Below are positions 34,119 to 45,892 of a stretch of DNA of 58,554 nt, in pieces. The notes beneath the pieces are model-generated. The model saw only the letters and a program-made list of their open reading frames with translations. It did not search any database and had not been told where the DNA came from. The position numbers and the translations under genes were made by a program. Position 1 is the stretch's first letter. Every line of letters begins with the position of its first letter. Source of the stretch: Chiloscyllium plagiosum (Eukaryota); contig NC_057720.1 of NCBI RefSeq assembly GCF_004010195.1, positions 17,768,456 through 17,827,009 of the forward strand. Reading direction: 5' to 3'.

Positions 34119-37011
34119 TCTTTGGGTCCGGATCTACTGACATTTGGAAAGTAATAAATTTATTAGATATAGTCAGCTTGGCATTGTGCAGGGGAGGTCT
34201 TGTCTCGAATTCAGTTGAGTTTTAATTTGAGCAAGTGACAAAAATGATTGAGGGTATCGCAGTGAATGTTGTCTACGTGGACTTTACTGAAGCATTTGAC
34301 AAAAAACCCTTGTGGTAGGCTGGACCAGATGATTAAGTCACATGGGATCCATGTTGAATTAGTAAATTTGATGCAAAATTTGCTTGGTCAATGAAGCCAG
34401 AGGGTAGTTGTGGAGGGTTTCTTTTCTGACTGGTAGTCTGTGACAAGTAAAGTTCTACTAGGATCCGTGCTGGGAGCTTTCCTATCTGCAATATATAAAA
34501 ATGATTTGGATGAAAATGTTGGTGGTCTGACTAGTAAATTTGCAGATGAATGAAAAGTTGTGGAAGGAGGCATAAGGAGATTGGATAGTTTGCCACCGAG
34601 ATGGCAGACTGAGTTTAATCCGGGCAAGTGTGAAGTGATGCATTTTCTTTTGAGGTTAAATGAAAGAGGAAAGTATGCAGTGAATTGCAGGACCTTTAGA
34701 AGCATTGATATACTGAGGAATCTTGAGGTGTAAGTCATTAGCTCTTTGAATGTGATGAGAAGGGGGTACAGTATGCTTTCCTTCGTTGGTCAGGGCATGG
34801 AGTATAAATGTAGGCAAGTCATTTTGTAGCTGTATAAAAGTTTTTAGTTAGGCCACATTTGGAGCATTGTGTGCATTTCTGGTCACCAGACTATAGGAAG
34901 AAGGTGGAGGCTTTTGAGAGAGTGCAGAAAACGTTTATCAGGATGTTTCCTGATTTCGACGGAAGGGGTTAGACACATTTGATTATTTTCAATAGAGTAT
35001 CGGAAGCTGAAGATATACCTGTCAGGCAATGTATACCTGACACAAGCATATAATATTACAAAAGGCATGAATAGGGTGGAAATGTAAAATACTAGAATGC
35101 ATACATTTAAGGTGAGTGGTAAAAAGTTTAAAGGTGGTGTGCCAGGAAAGTGTTTTTACATAGAACATAGTAGGTGCCTGGAGTCTGTTGTCAGTGGGCA
35201 TGGTAGAAATACGTATAATAGCAACATTTGAGATATTTAGACTCCTGAACAGGCAGGGAATAGAGGGATACAGACCATGTGCAGGCAGGTAGGGTTAGTT
35301 TAGTGTAGCATCATGGTCAGCACAGACATAGTGGGCTTAAATATCTGTTCCTGCGCTGTAGTTTCACGTTCTAATAGCTGGAACTTAGAGAAACATTGGA
35401 ATTTACCTACTGTCTATAAATGTTAGACTGTTAATTACAGCAGCACATTGGGTGTGATATTTTGAAGGTATGTATAGTCATTGTCTATCTTTGATATTGT
35501 TTACCTACATATTAGCTCACTGAATAACATTCTCTGAAAAATCCTGAAGTCCTTGAATTGTATCAAATTTGCTAATATTCCTTTTATAGTTTCCAAAGTT
35601 TTAATTGTTCCAAGCAGAGCTTTATCCATATAAACTAGTCTACCTCTGCATTATAACCTATGTGAATCCCAAATTGATATATTAAGTTGAATTGTACCGC
35701 AATAGGTCATTCCAAGTTCTCAATGAAACATTTATTGTTTCTATCTTCTCCTCCAACTGAAGCATCTCATTATTATCATTCGGAATCATCCATGAGTCTT
35801 GGAGCACTTTTACTGTCCATTAAAATATACTTATAATGTTCCTTAAACAGCTATCAAATATTTCTATCCAATTCCAAGCATTAACTGCCTCTTGCATATT
35901 TATTCTTTTACATGTGGGCATCTCAGACTTTCTAAAATAAGTTCCTTAGTCATTTCACATCTCAACATTATTCTAAAATCAAATGACTATCATTCTCTTT
36001 AACTTTTAAAAATCTTGCTGTTTCTTAAGTATGGTCATCCCATATTCTTACTGTTATCGCTTTTGGCTGCCTTCCAGGAATTGTAAATAAAGAAAGGTGC
36101 TTGTCTTTACTATTTTCAACTTTGTTTTACTGTTTCTCCTATGATGTGCCTATTCAATGCTTGATCCCTATCTACATTCTGCACAATAATAGTTTCCGTT
36201 TAACATGCAGCGTGACTAACCATTTGAAATGGCTTCAGTTGGAAATACAGATCAAATGTTTGCCTTTAATACAACCTTTTGCTTTTGTAATCAATATGAA
36301 TAATTGATAACACTTTTTTGGAGATTTACAACTGGATTTCTCACCATTGTTGTTAGCGTTTAGCTTTTTTATGCAGATAATAGACACCTTGACTCCACCA
36401 AACAATCCAATGGGTCATCTGATGATCATTGTTTACATTTCTAATTCTGGTCTTGAAGATAAACATGTCAATTTTAAGAAACATACTTAAGAAACATACT
36501 TAAGAAACAGCAAGATTTTTAAAAGTTAAAGAGAATGATAGTCATTTGATTTTAGAATAATCTTCAGGCTGTTGAATTGCATTAATATCAGAGTTATACT
36601 TATTAGTTTCTTGGTCAGATGCCTCCCCATTTATCTACATCCATTTCCACTTCTAAAGCTAAAGGTTATATTCCAAAACACACACATTATGAACTAATTG
36701 TTTGTAACAACTGTTTTTATTTATGGTCCAATACCACATTTGATTGCAACAAAATGTTCTGATTTCGGACACCGAATCCTAATTTGAGTAGGCTTAAACT
36801 TTGAGTAATAGGAATAAGTATCCATAAAAAGTTTGAAGATAGTGTTCAGTCTGCATGCTTTTTTTTTATTTATCCCATTTATCTGGGCTGAATTTTAAGC
36901 TGCTTTCCAAAGGTACAAGGGAATGTGTTGAATTACTATATCACCAAAACTTCAGTCTTATTTAGGGATTGAATTAACTTTGTGTAAAGGGTATCTTTAT
37001 TTGGAATTTAG

Positions 37012-37106
37012 GGTAGTAAAGAGGAGGATCCAGTTCTTCCTTTGTTGGATTTTGCTGCACAGCACCAGATCCGCAAACAGATTGTGTTGGATCGACTTCA
37101 CAAAGT
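37012..37106 (+). CDS. RPAP2: RPAP2 coding exon 8 (GSKEEDPVLPLLDFAAQHQIRKQIVLDRLHKV)
   Basis: TAG| acceptor, |GTAAGT donor, 95 nt; PL.D...Q.QIRK.IVL..L.KV motif. Confidence 0.93.
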
Positions 37107-37382
37107 GTAAGTATAATTATACGTTAGTAGGTGTTTGTTGTTAGCCACCAAGATCCTATGATGTCCTTAGTTTATATTTTCAGTTAGCACAGTTACGAAA
37201 AAAGAACTTCTGAGATTTCTAATCTTTGTATTCTTTGCAAATTACTTTTTGAGCAGAAAAATAGTATAGCAAGGGTCATGTTAATGAAAGTACAGAAGGA
37301 AATTTGACTTGAAAATATTTTAGTCTGTTCAGCTTTTTGTTAGAATTTGCATGTTTGAATTTTAAAGGTGAAATTCCATTAC

Positions 37383-38545
37383 TTAGAGTCATAGAGATGT
37401 ACAGCACGGAAACAGACCCTTCAGTCCAACTCATCCATGCCAACTAGATATCCCACTCCCAATCTAGTCCCATTTGCCAGCAACCAGTCCATAGAACTCC
37501 AAGCCCTTCCTATTCATACATTCATCCATATGCCTTTTAAGTGTTGCAATTGTACCAGCCTCTACCACCTCTGGCAGCTCATTCCATACACGTACCACCC
37601 TCCGTGTGAAAAAGTTGCCTCTTTGGTCTCTTTTATATCTTTCCCCTCTCACCCTAAACCAATGCCCTCTAGTTCTGGACTCCCCTACCCCAGGGAAAAG
37701 ACTTTGCCTATTTATCCTATCCATGCCCCCCATAATATAATAAACCTCTATAAGGTTACCCCTCAGCCTCGGACGCTCCAGGGAAAACGGCCCCAGCCTA
37801 TTCAACTCTCCCTATTGCTCAAATCCTCCAACCCTGGCAACATCCTTGTAAATCTTTTCTAAACCCTTTCAAGTTTCACAACATCCTTCCTTCCGATAGG
37901 AGCAAGAACAGAATTGCATGCAATATTCCAAAAGTGGCCTAACAAATGTCCCATACAGCCACAACATGACCTCCCAACTCTGTACTCAGTACTCTGACCA
38001 ATAAAGGAAAGCATACCAAACACCACCTTCACATCCTATCTACCTAGGACTCCACTTTCAAGGACCTATGAACCTACACTCCAAACTCTTTGTTCAGGAA
38101 CGATCTCTAGGATCTACCATTAAGTATAAGTCCTGCTCTGATTTGCTTTCCAAAATGCTGCACCTCTCATTTATCTAAATTAAACTCCATCTGCCACTCC
38201 TCAGCCCATTGGCCCATCTGATCAAGATCCCGTTGTAATCTGAGGTAAAAATAGGAAGGGCTTGGAGTTCTATGGACTGGTTGCTGGCAGATGGGACTAG
38301 ATTGGGAGTGGGATATCTAGTTGGCATCTAGTTGCTATCCACTACATTTCCCATTTTGGTGTCATCTGCAAACTTACTAACTATACTTCTTATGCTCGCA
38401 TCCAAATCATTTATGTAAATGACAAAAAGTAATGAACCCAGCACCAATCCTTGTGGCACTCCACTGGTCACAGGCCTCCAGTCTGAAAAACAACCCTCCA
38501 CCACCATCCTCTGTCGTCTTCTTCTACCTTTTGAGCCAGTTCTGT
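37383..38545 (-). mobile_element. HER1/CR1 LINE 3' portion
   Basis: ORF 37464-37805 FFTRRVVRVWNELPE; agagtcatagagatgtacagc tail. Confidence 0.9.
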
Positions 38546-38559
38546 ATCCAAATAGAACA

Positions 38560-39496
38560 TTACAGCGCAGACCTGGGGTACTTGCACATAAAATTCAGAA
38601 GGCTAATGGAATTTTGGCACTTACATTCCAACTCCCTTGAAATAAGAGAAGAGAAATTTTATTGCAACTGTTCAAGATGTAGGTGAGACCACCTCTGGAG
38701 TACTGTGAGCAGTTTTGTTCCCCTTAACGATAGAGGATAGCATGGTGGCACATGATTAGCATTGCTGCCTCATATCACCAGGGACCCAGGTTCAATTCCA
38801 AGCTTTGGTGACTGTGCAAGTTCCATACAGACTTTCTCCCTGCATCTTTGTGGGTTTCCACCAGGTGCTCTGGTTTTCTCCTATAGTCCAAAGATGTGTT
38901 GGTTAGGTGCATTGGCCATGCTAAATTGTGTCCGAGGATGTGCAGGCTAAGTGCCCCCTCCATGGTAAATGCAGGGTTAGGGTGAAAGGGCAGGTTGCTG
39001 TTTGGAAGGTCTGGGCAGATTTGATGGGCCAAATGACCCTTTTCTGCATTGTAGGGATTCTATAATCATTTCTTGGAGGCAGTTCAGAGAAGGTTCATTA
39101 AGATCTCTGGTTTGGAAGGATTGTCTTATGAGCAGAAGTTAAAGATGTTTGGGACTCTACTTATGGGAGTTTAGAAGAAAGAGAGGTGATCTCATTGAAA
39201 GGATTCTTTAGGGTCTTGACAGGGTAAATGCTGAGAGGCTGTTTCCCTTGTGGGCGAATCTAGGACCAGAGGGCATAGTCTTAAATTGGCGCCCCTTAAT
39301 TCTAGGACGAAGATGAGGATGAGTTTCTTCTGAGGATTGAGTGGTTGGAGCTCCTTGTTGCAGAGAACTGTGGGACATAGTCTTTGTGTATATTTAAAGT
39401 TGAAAGAATTTTGATCAGCAGGGGAATCGAGGGTTGTGGGGAAAAAGCAGGACATGAATGTCTGATCAGCTGTGAGTCTGTTAAATGGTAGAACAG
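38560..39496 (+). mobile_element. Degraded CR1 3' region containing an HE1-like SINE (about 38738-39062)
   Basis: ctggagtactgtgagcagtttt ... gaggcagttcagagaaggttca; SINE head catggtggcacatgattagcattgctgcctca. Confidence 0.7.
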
Positions 39497-39559
39497 AGCT
39501 GAAAATGTGTTGCTGGAAAAGCGCAGCAGGTCAGGCAGCATCCAAGGAGCAGGAGAATC

Positions 39560-39587
39560 GACATTTCGGGCATGAGCCCTTCTTCAG
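39560..39587 (-). ncRNA. Hammerhead core variant (GAAAU)
   Basis: Reverse complement: CUGAAGA-A-GGGC-UCAU-GCCC-GAAAU-GUC. Confidence 0.55.
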
Positions 39588-40595
39588 GAATGAGGAAAGT
39601 GTGCCAAGCAGGCTAAGATAAAAGGTAGGGAGGAGGGACTTGGGGGAGGGGCGTTGGAAATGCGATAGGTGGAAGGAGGTTAAGGTNNNNNNNNNNNNNN
39701 NNNNNNNNNNNNNNNNNNNNNNNNNNNNNNNNNNNNNNNNNNNNNNNNNNNNNNNNNNNNNNNNNNNNNNNNNNNNNNNNNNNNNNNNNNNNNNNNNNNN
39801 NNNNNNNNNNNNNNNNNNNNNNNNNNNNNNNNNNNNNNNNNNNNNNNNNNNNNNNNNNNNNNNNNNNNNNGAGGTGCAGGTGAATTTGTGGCGGATATGG
39901 AAGGATCCCTTGGGGCCTTGGAGGGAAGTAAGGGAGGGAGGTGTGGGCGCAAGTTTTGCATTTCTTGCGATTGCAGGGGAAGGTACCTGGAGTGGAGGTT
40001 GGGTTGGTGGAGGGTGTGGACCTGACGAGGGAGTCGCGGAGGGAGTGGTCTTTTCGGAACGCTGATAGGGGAGGGGAATATATCTCTGGTGGTGGGGTCC
40101 GTTTGGAGGTGGCGGAAATGACGACGGATGATACGATGTATATGGAGGTTGGTGGGGTGGTAGGTGACGACCAATGGGCTTCTGTCCTGGTGGCGATTGG
40201 AGGGGTGGGGCTCCAGGGCAGAGGAGTTGGAAGTGGAGGAGATGCGGTGGAGAACATCGTTGATCACGTCTGGGGGGAAATTGCTGTCTTTGTAGAAGGA
40301 GGCCATCTGGGTTGTTCGCTATTGGAACTGGTCCTTCTGGGAGCAGATGCGGCGGAGACGAAGGAATTGGGAATATGGGATGGCGTTTTTACAGGGGGCA
40401 GGGTGGGAGGAGGTGTAGTCTAGGTAGCTGTGGGAGTCAGTCGGTTTATAGTAAATGTCCGTGTTGATTCGGTCGCCCGAGATAGAAAGCCTATCACCCT
40501 CACCTTAACCTCCTTCCACCCATTTCATTTCCAACACCCCTCCCCCAAGTCCCTCCTCCCTACCTTTTATCTTAGCCTGCTTGGCACACTTTCCT

Positions 40596-40623
40596 CTGAA
40601 GAAGGGCTCATGCCCGAAATGTC
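40596..40623 (+). ncRNA. Hammerhead core variant (GAAAU)
   Basis: CUGAAGA-A-GGGC-UCAU-GCCC-GAAAU-GUC. Confidence 0.55.
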
Positions 40624-40734
40624 GATTTCTCCTGCTCCTTGGATGCTGCCTGACCTGCTGCGCTTTTCCAGCAACACATTTTCAGCATCTGCAGTCCTCA
40701 TTTTCTCCTAAATGGTGGAACAGGCTTGAGTGAT

Positions 40735-42410
40735 CAAATTGGCAATCAGTAACTAGTGATGTGCCTCAGGGATCAGTTTGGGACTGCAATTATTCACATT
40801 TTATATAGATGATTTGAAGTTGGGGACCACGTGTAGTATGTCAAAGTTGCAGATGATACAAAGATGAGTGGCAGAGCAAGGTGTGCAGAGGACTGTGAAA
40901 CTTTGCAGAGGAACATAAATAGTTTAAATGAGTGGGCAAAGGTCTATCCGATGGAATACAATGTTAATAAATGTGAATTCATCCATTTTGATAGCAGTAA
41001 GAGTAGAAAGGATTATTACTTGAATGGTAAACAGTTGCAGTATGCTGGTATGCAGTGAACCTGGGTGTCCTTGTGCATGAATCACCAAGGCTGGTCTGCA
41101 GGTAATTAGGAAGGCAAATGGAATCTTGCCCTTCATTGCTAAAGGGATTGAGTTTAAAAGCAGGGAGGTTATGTTGTAGCTGTATGGGGTGCTGGTGAGG
41201 CTGCATCTGGAGTACGACGTGCAGCTTTGGTCTCCTTACCTGAGAGAGGATGTACTGGCACTAGAAGGGTTCAGAGGAGGTTCACTAGGTTGATTCCAGA
41301 ATCAAGGGGGGTTGACTTATGAGGAGAGTCTGAGTAGACTGGGATTATATTCATTGGAATTTAGAATGAGGGCAGATCTTATGGTTATAAAATTATGAAG
41401 TGAATAGATAAGATAGAAGTGGAGAGGATGTTTCCACAGGTAGGTGAAATTATGCCAATGGCATAGCCTCACAATTGGGGGAGCAGATTTAGGACTGAAT
41501 TGAGAAGGAACTTCTTCACCCAGAGGGTTGTAAATTATGGAATTCCTTGCTCAGGGAAGTAGTTGATGCTACTTCAGTAAATGTTTTTAAAACTAAGATT
41601 TTTTTTTTGAACAATAAAGGCATTAAGGGAAATGGTGAGAGCGTGGCTAAGTGGAGCCATGATCTTGTTGAGGATCTGAAATCTGAATACAGGCTAAAGT
41701 AACTAGTTTTTGTCAGGAACAACCATTTAATGCATGCTGTTACTAACATAGGCAGCCAAAAAATGGCTTCTTGATGCAAATAACATAACAAAATGGCTTA
41801 TAGGCTGCAAATTGACAATTCTGCTTAAAGCTGCATTCCTGAATTAGCCATAAGTGTGCTTTAACAAAGATTAGCAGACAATGCTTCCCTTATAGCATAG
41901 AAATAGTTAGACCAAATAAGACATTACTAGCCATCCTAACTGACCTTGCAAGTGCAGGTACAAAGAATAGTTTCGCAAGATAGGGGTGCTTGAACGTGGA
42001 AAGCAAGTTAGTGCCCAGGAAATATCAATAAGTTGCTGTCAATAATGTCATTTCATTAAATTGATTGGTAATTGTTTGAAGCTGCTCTGTAAGCATGGCC
42101 AAACTACTTCTTTTCAAAAGGAAAGATATAAAAATGTTTTTGTCTTAAGCCATGTGTGCAGTTTCGTCGAGGGACACAGAAATGTATAACCTCTGTGTTG
42201 CTGGACAACCTGCACCAGGCTGTGATAATTGAAGTGTGAAATCTTACAGAAACAGACTGAATTGCTAGTATTTATTAACCAAGCGTGGAACAGGGACCCC
42301 CACCCCGGGGAGTCCAGATCTTCAATGGAGGAGGTTCGAAGGGCCAGATGGCCTACTCCTGCTCCTAGTTCTTTGTTCTTATGTACTCCTGTTCATATTT
42401 CTTATGGTTT
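40735..42410 (+). mobile_element. CR1 LINE RT C-terminal region and 3'UTR, split by 41669-42324
   Basis: gtgcctcagggatcag (VPQGS), gcagatgataca (ADDT); 3'UTR gccatgatcttgt...atggcctactcctgctcctagttct. Confidence 0.8.
41669..42324 (+). mobile_element. 656-bp TG..CA element with 10-bp terminal inverted repeats (solo-LTR-like)
   Basis: TGAGGATCTG ... CAGATCTTCA (9/10 inverted match); interrupts a CR1 3'UTR; TATA-like gatataaaa at about 42125. Confidence 0.6.
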
Positions 42411-42501
42411 TATGGCTTTCTATGTCAACCAGGTCTCTGATTTGTCTCTGGGAAGATTTTCACTCTCTTCAAACTGTTCCATTTTACTTTGAATTAACAG
42501 A

Positions 42502-43222
42502 TGTTATGAAGTTGTAGGGTGTACTGTATGTTTGAGTGAAAGCTGGCATAGACATGGAAGGCACAAATGTGCTGAAAAAGTTAAATGTAACATTTGGCTG
42601 TAAAACAAATTGCGGAGTTGTTGCTATGGTACACGACAAATTCGAATTTGGCTAATCAAGCTGTTTAAATTATGCCCCAAGATACCAAAATCCAATCGAA
42701 TTTGAATTTTATTGTTTTAACAACATCAAAACAACAAGACAATCTGATGTTTTGGAGTATAAAAATCTGGCATTTGAACAGTTTAGCCAGAGGTAGCAAA
42801 GAGCACCAACAAACTGCCCACACAATCGTTTTCTGAAAGGTACCTTTCATAAGAAATCAGAAGACTGAAGAAAAGACCCCAAAAAATCGAGAGGAAGGTA
42901 CAAAGGAGAATCAACACAGCTGACTGGTTTTGAAATTTGATTCTTTTTGTAAAACTTTATTGGTGGGGTTTTATCAGATCAGTGTAATGTTGTGGAGTGG
43001 GAGGTAGATAAGTTGATCAGACAAAGGAGGTTTACAGTGTAGATAGTTGTTTAATGTTCCTTTTTTATTACTTGGACTTAAAGAATAAATTGTTAATTTA
43101 TTCTTTTAAATAGTAGGATTTGATAGTTCTTTGTCACTCATTCTTTTACAGATTATGAGACGAGGTGAGCTTTTCTGTGTGTCTGGTTTAAATTAGCAGA
43201 AAGGTTTATCCAGTGTCGTACT
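42502..43222 (+). mobile_element. Solo LTR-like element with ACAGA TSD
   Basis: Starts TGTTATGA, AATAAA at about 43084, ends cagtgtcgtact; acaga on both flanks; second copy at 8940-9612. Confidence 0.7.
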
Positions 43223-43711
43223 ACAGATCTTAGTTTAAAATGTAACTGCCTTATGAAGTCCAGTGATCTTAACAATAATTAACTGTCTCTCTTGACATTT
43301 CTTCAGTCCAAATGTAGTAACGAAACAGCAGCTGTTTATATTCTTTTTTGATTTTATTACTTAGGTATTCTTTTCAGATGCACCACATCCTAGAAAGAAA
43401 GGAAATTTTAATGTTCAGAGTTTGCATTATCTCCAGTTGTCAGCATTCAATCACAACTAGAAAATAACCAAAACTGAAGAGGAAATAATTTTGCAGCATT
43501 CCCGAATCGGTTGAAGTCAAGTCACAATTTTTGAACTAACATTGAGAGAACATTGACGTTTGTAGTTTTGTTTAAGCTGGATGGTCTGGTTAAGGTTTTG
43601 AGTATCCTTCCCAAAGGAGAAGTATGTCATGTGCTACAGTAAAAAAAGCTTCATTAATCTGGATCTTCCAAACAGATATATTGCATAAGATTAATTATTT
43701 TCTATTTCTAG

Positions 43712-43792
43712 TTTACCGGAGTTACTGGGATCACTGCAACTTGGCATAACTGATGTTTCTGGTGAATTAAGCTCTCTTGTGAAAACATTCAG
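43712..43792 (+). CDS. RPAP2: RPAP2 coding exon 9 (LPELLGSLQLGITDVSGELSSLVKTFR)
   Basis: tttctatttctag| acceptor, CAG|GTAAGT donor, 81 nt; LP.LL..LQ...LV.TFR motif. Confidence 0.94.
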
Positions 43793-44336
43793 GTAAGTGA
43801 TTGAGGCTACAAGTTATATGTGAGCTTGTATCTCTATGCATCAAGTATGGGCTGCTTTAATTTTGACGCACACAACTCCTCATTTTCATCAGTTCTATAT
43901 CCCCCATATCCCTGCTGTCACTGACTCTAGCCTTTTTCCTTCCCTGTCCTGTTTCCATCTCACGTGTGTAAACACATGGATGCGTCTTTGAAATCATCAT
44001 AAGATGACTGAAAATTAGGAAAACCATTTGACCTCTTAGTTCTTGCTTCCTGAAATACACTTTTGGAGCCAGGTTGGTTGGGGGTGTGATAATTTTTAAA
44101 TGATGCAGTTTGTGCCCTCATTAATCAACAGGTGTTGATTGCTATCCATGTGAAAAATAATTTACTTATTCCAGTTCATTTTCTTCTTAGTTGTGAATGT
44201 TTGAAAAAATGTGACTTTATAATGCAATGTGTAACATCACTATCTAAAACTGAATGCAGTTGGTTATGTGCACTAATGTATTTTTTAGTTTTATCCTAAT
44301 TATGTCATAATCTTATTTATATGCAATTAATATATA

Positions 44337-45892
44337 GCATGGCAGGCTGATACAGAAGGTGAAGTCATGTGGGATCTGCGGTGAGTTGGTAAGATGGATA
44401 CAGAACTGGCTTGGGCATAGACAGATTAGCAGTATTTTACAAAATGGAGATATGTTTGCAATGATATTCTGTAGGAATCAGTGCTGGGGTCCCTATAGTT
44501 TGTAATATACACAAATGATTTGGAGAGAATGTAGACAATAGGTGCAGGAGTAGACCATTCTGCCCTTCGAGCCTGCACCACCATTCAATATGATTGTGGC
44601 TGATCATCCTTAATCAGTATCCTGTTCCTGCCTTATCTCCATAACCCTTGATTCCACAATCCTTGAGAGCTCTATCCAACTCTTTCTTAAATGAATCCAG
44701 AGACTGGGCTTCCACTGCCCTCTGGGGCAGAGCATTCCATACAGCCACCACTCTCTGGGTGAAGAAGTTTCTCCTCATCTCTGTCCTAAATGGTCTATCC
44801 CGTATTTTTAAGCTGTGTCCTCTGGTTCAGCACTCACCCATCAGCGGAAACATGTTTCCTGCCTCCAGAGTGTCTGATTAGTCAGGTGGTCTGATTAGTA
44901 AGTTTGTGGGTGAGGAGGATTGCCAGAGGATACAGCAGGATATAAATAGGCTAGAGACTTGGGCAGAAAATGGCAGATAGAATTTAATTCAGCCATCGAA
45001 TCATAAAGTTTTATTTGGCATGGAAACAGACCCTTCAGGTGCAATGTGATGCATTTTAGAAGATCTCTTGCAGGCAGGAAGCATGCGTTAAATGGCAGAA
45101 CCCTTAGAAGCATGAATATATAGAGGGATTTAGACGTACAGGTTCACAGTTCCCTGACAGTGGCAACATAAGGGAATGAGGTGATCAAAAAGGCTAGTGC
45201 TTCCAAATAAACATGTTGGACTATAACCTGGTGTTGTGATTTTTTTTTTAAACTTTGTCCACCCCAGTCCAACATTGACACCTCCAAATCAAAAAAGGCA
45301 TATGGCAGGCTTGCCTTCATCGGTCGGGTCATACAATGTTAAAGTGGGCAAGTCCTGTTGCAGTTGCATAGAACTTTTAGTTAGGTCACATTTGTAATAT
45401 TGTGTACAGTTCTGGTCACCACACTATCTGAAGGATTTGGAGGTTTCGGAGAGGGTACAGAAGAGTTTTATCAGGATGTTACTTGGTTCGTAGGGTATTA
45501 GCAATGAGGAGAGAATGGACGAACTTGGTTTGCTTTCACTTGTAAAGTCGGAGGCAGAGGAGCAACCCAGTAGAAGTTTACAAAATTATGTGGATACAGG
45601 TGTGGATAGACTGATAGTCGAGTAGAATTGTCAATTACTAGGGAATGTAGGTTTAAGGTAAAGAGGCGTAAGTTTAAAGGAGATGTAAGAAGCAGGTTTT
45701 TTTTTAAAGAGGGTGCTGCCATAGGAGGTGGTAGAAGCAAATACAATAGCAATATTTAAGAATGAGATATATGAATAGGCAGGGAATAGATGGGTACATG
45801 TAACGGCAAAATGATTTTAGGTAGGATGACGTCATGGTCAGCACAGACATGGTGGGCCAAAGGGCCTGTTCCTGTGTCATGCTGCTCTTTGT
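44337..45892 (+). mobile_element. Degraded CR1 LINE with nested inserts
   Basis: catggcaggctgatacagaagg...tggatacagaactggct through 3'UTR gggcctgttcctgtg; contains a - strand CR1 3' end at about 44533-44875. Confidence 0.8.
45195..45290 (+). mobile_element. Short Penelope-type pLTR 3' fragment with ~11-bp TSD
   Basis: tagtgcttccaaataaac.tgttggactataacctggtgttgtg...; atcaaaaa(a)ggc at 45184-45194 and 45288-45299; family assignment is from recall of shark repeats. Confidence 0.5.

Larger units (their letters stand above)
31185..35375 (+). mobile_element. Near full-length degraded CR1 LINE (ORF1 zinc-finger/esterase remnants, ORF2 endonuclease and RT remnants)
   Basis: CSSCEMWE...YVCRK at 31201; tgttgcctccccagtgccaaggtcaaggatgtc (CCLP.A.VKDV); gtgggtgattttaacatcccc (VGDFNIP); NVVPLFKKGNRDSPGNYRPVS; 3'UTR to about 35375. 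Confidence 0.8.
39497..40708 (-). mobile_element. Penelope-like retroelement: 5'-truncated ORF with inverted pLTRs and 15-bp TSD, gapped
   Basis: Minus-strand translations PLVVTYHPTN..I.RIIRRHFRHLQTDP and LRDSLVRS...GTFPCNRKKCKTCAH (RT-to-GIY-YIG linker of PLEs); arms 39497-39686 and about 40490-40686; taaatggt(a/g)gaacag at 39482-39496 and 40709-40723. Confidence 0.88.

Noticed and set aside
36473..36509. Tandem ttaagaaacatac repeat
   Set aside because: Ordinary short slippage duplication
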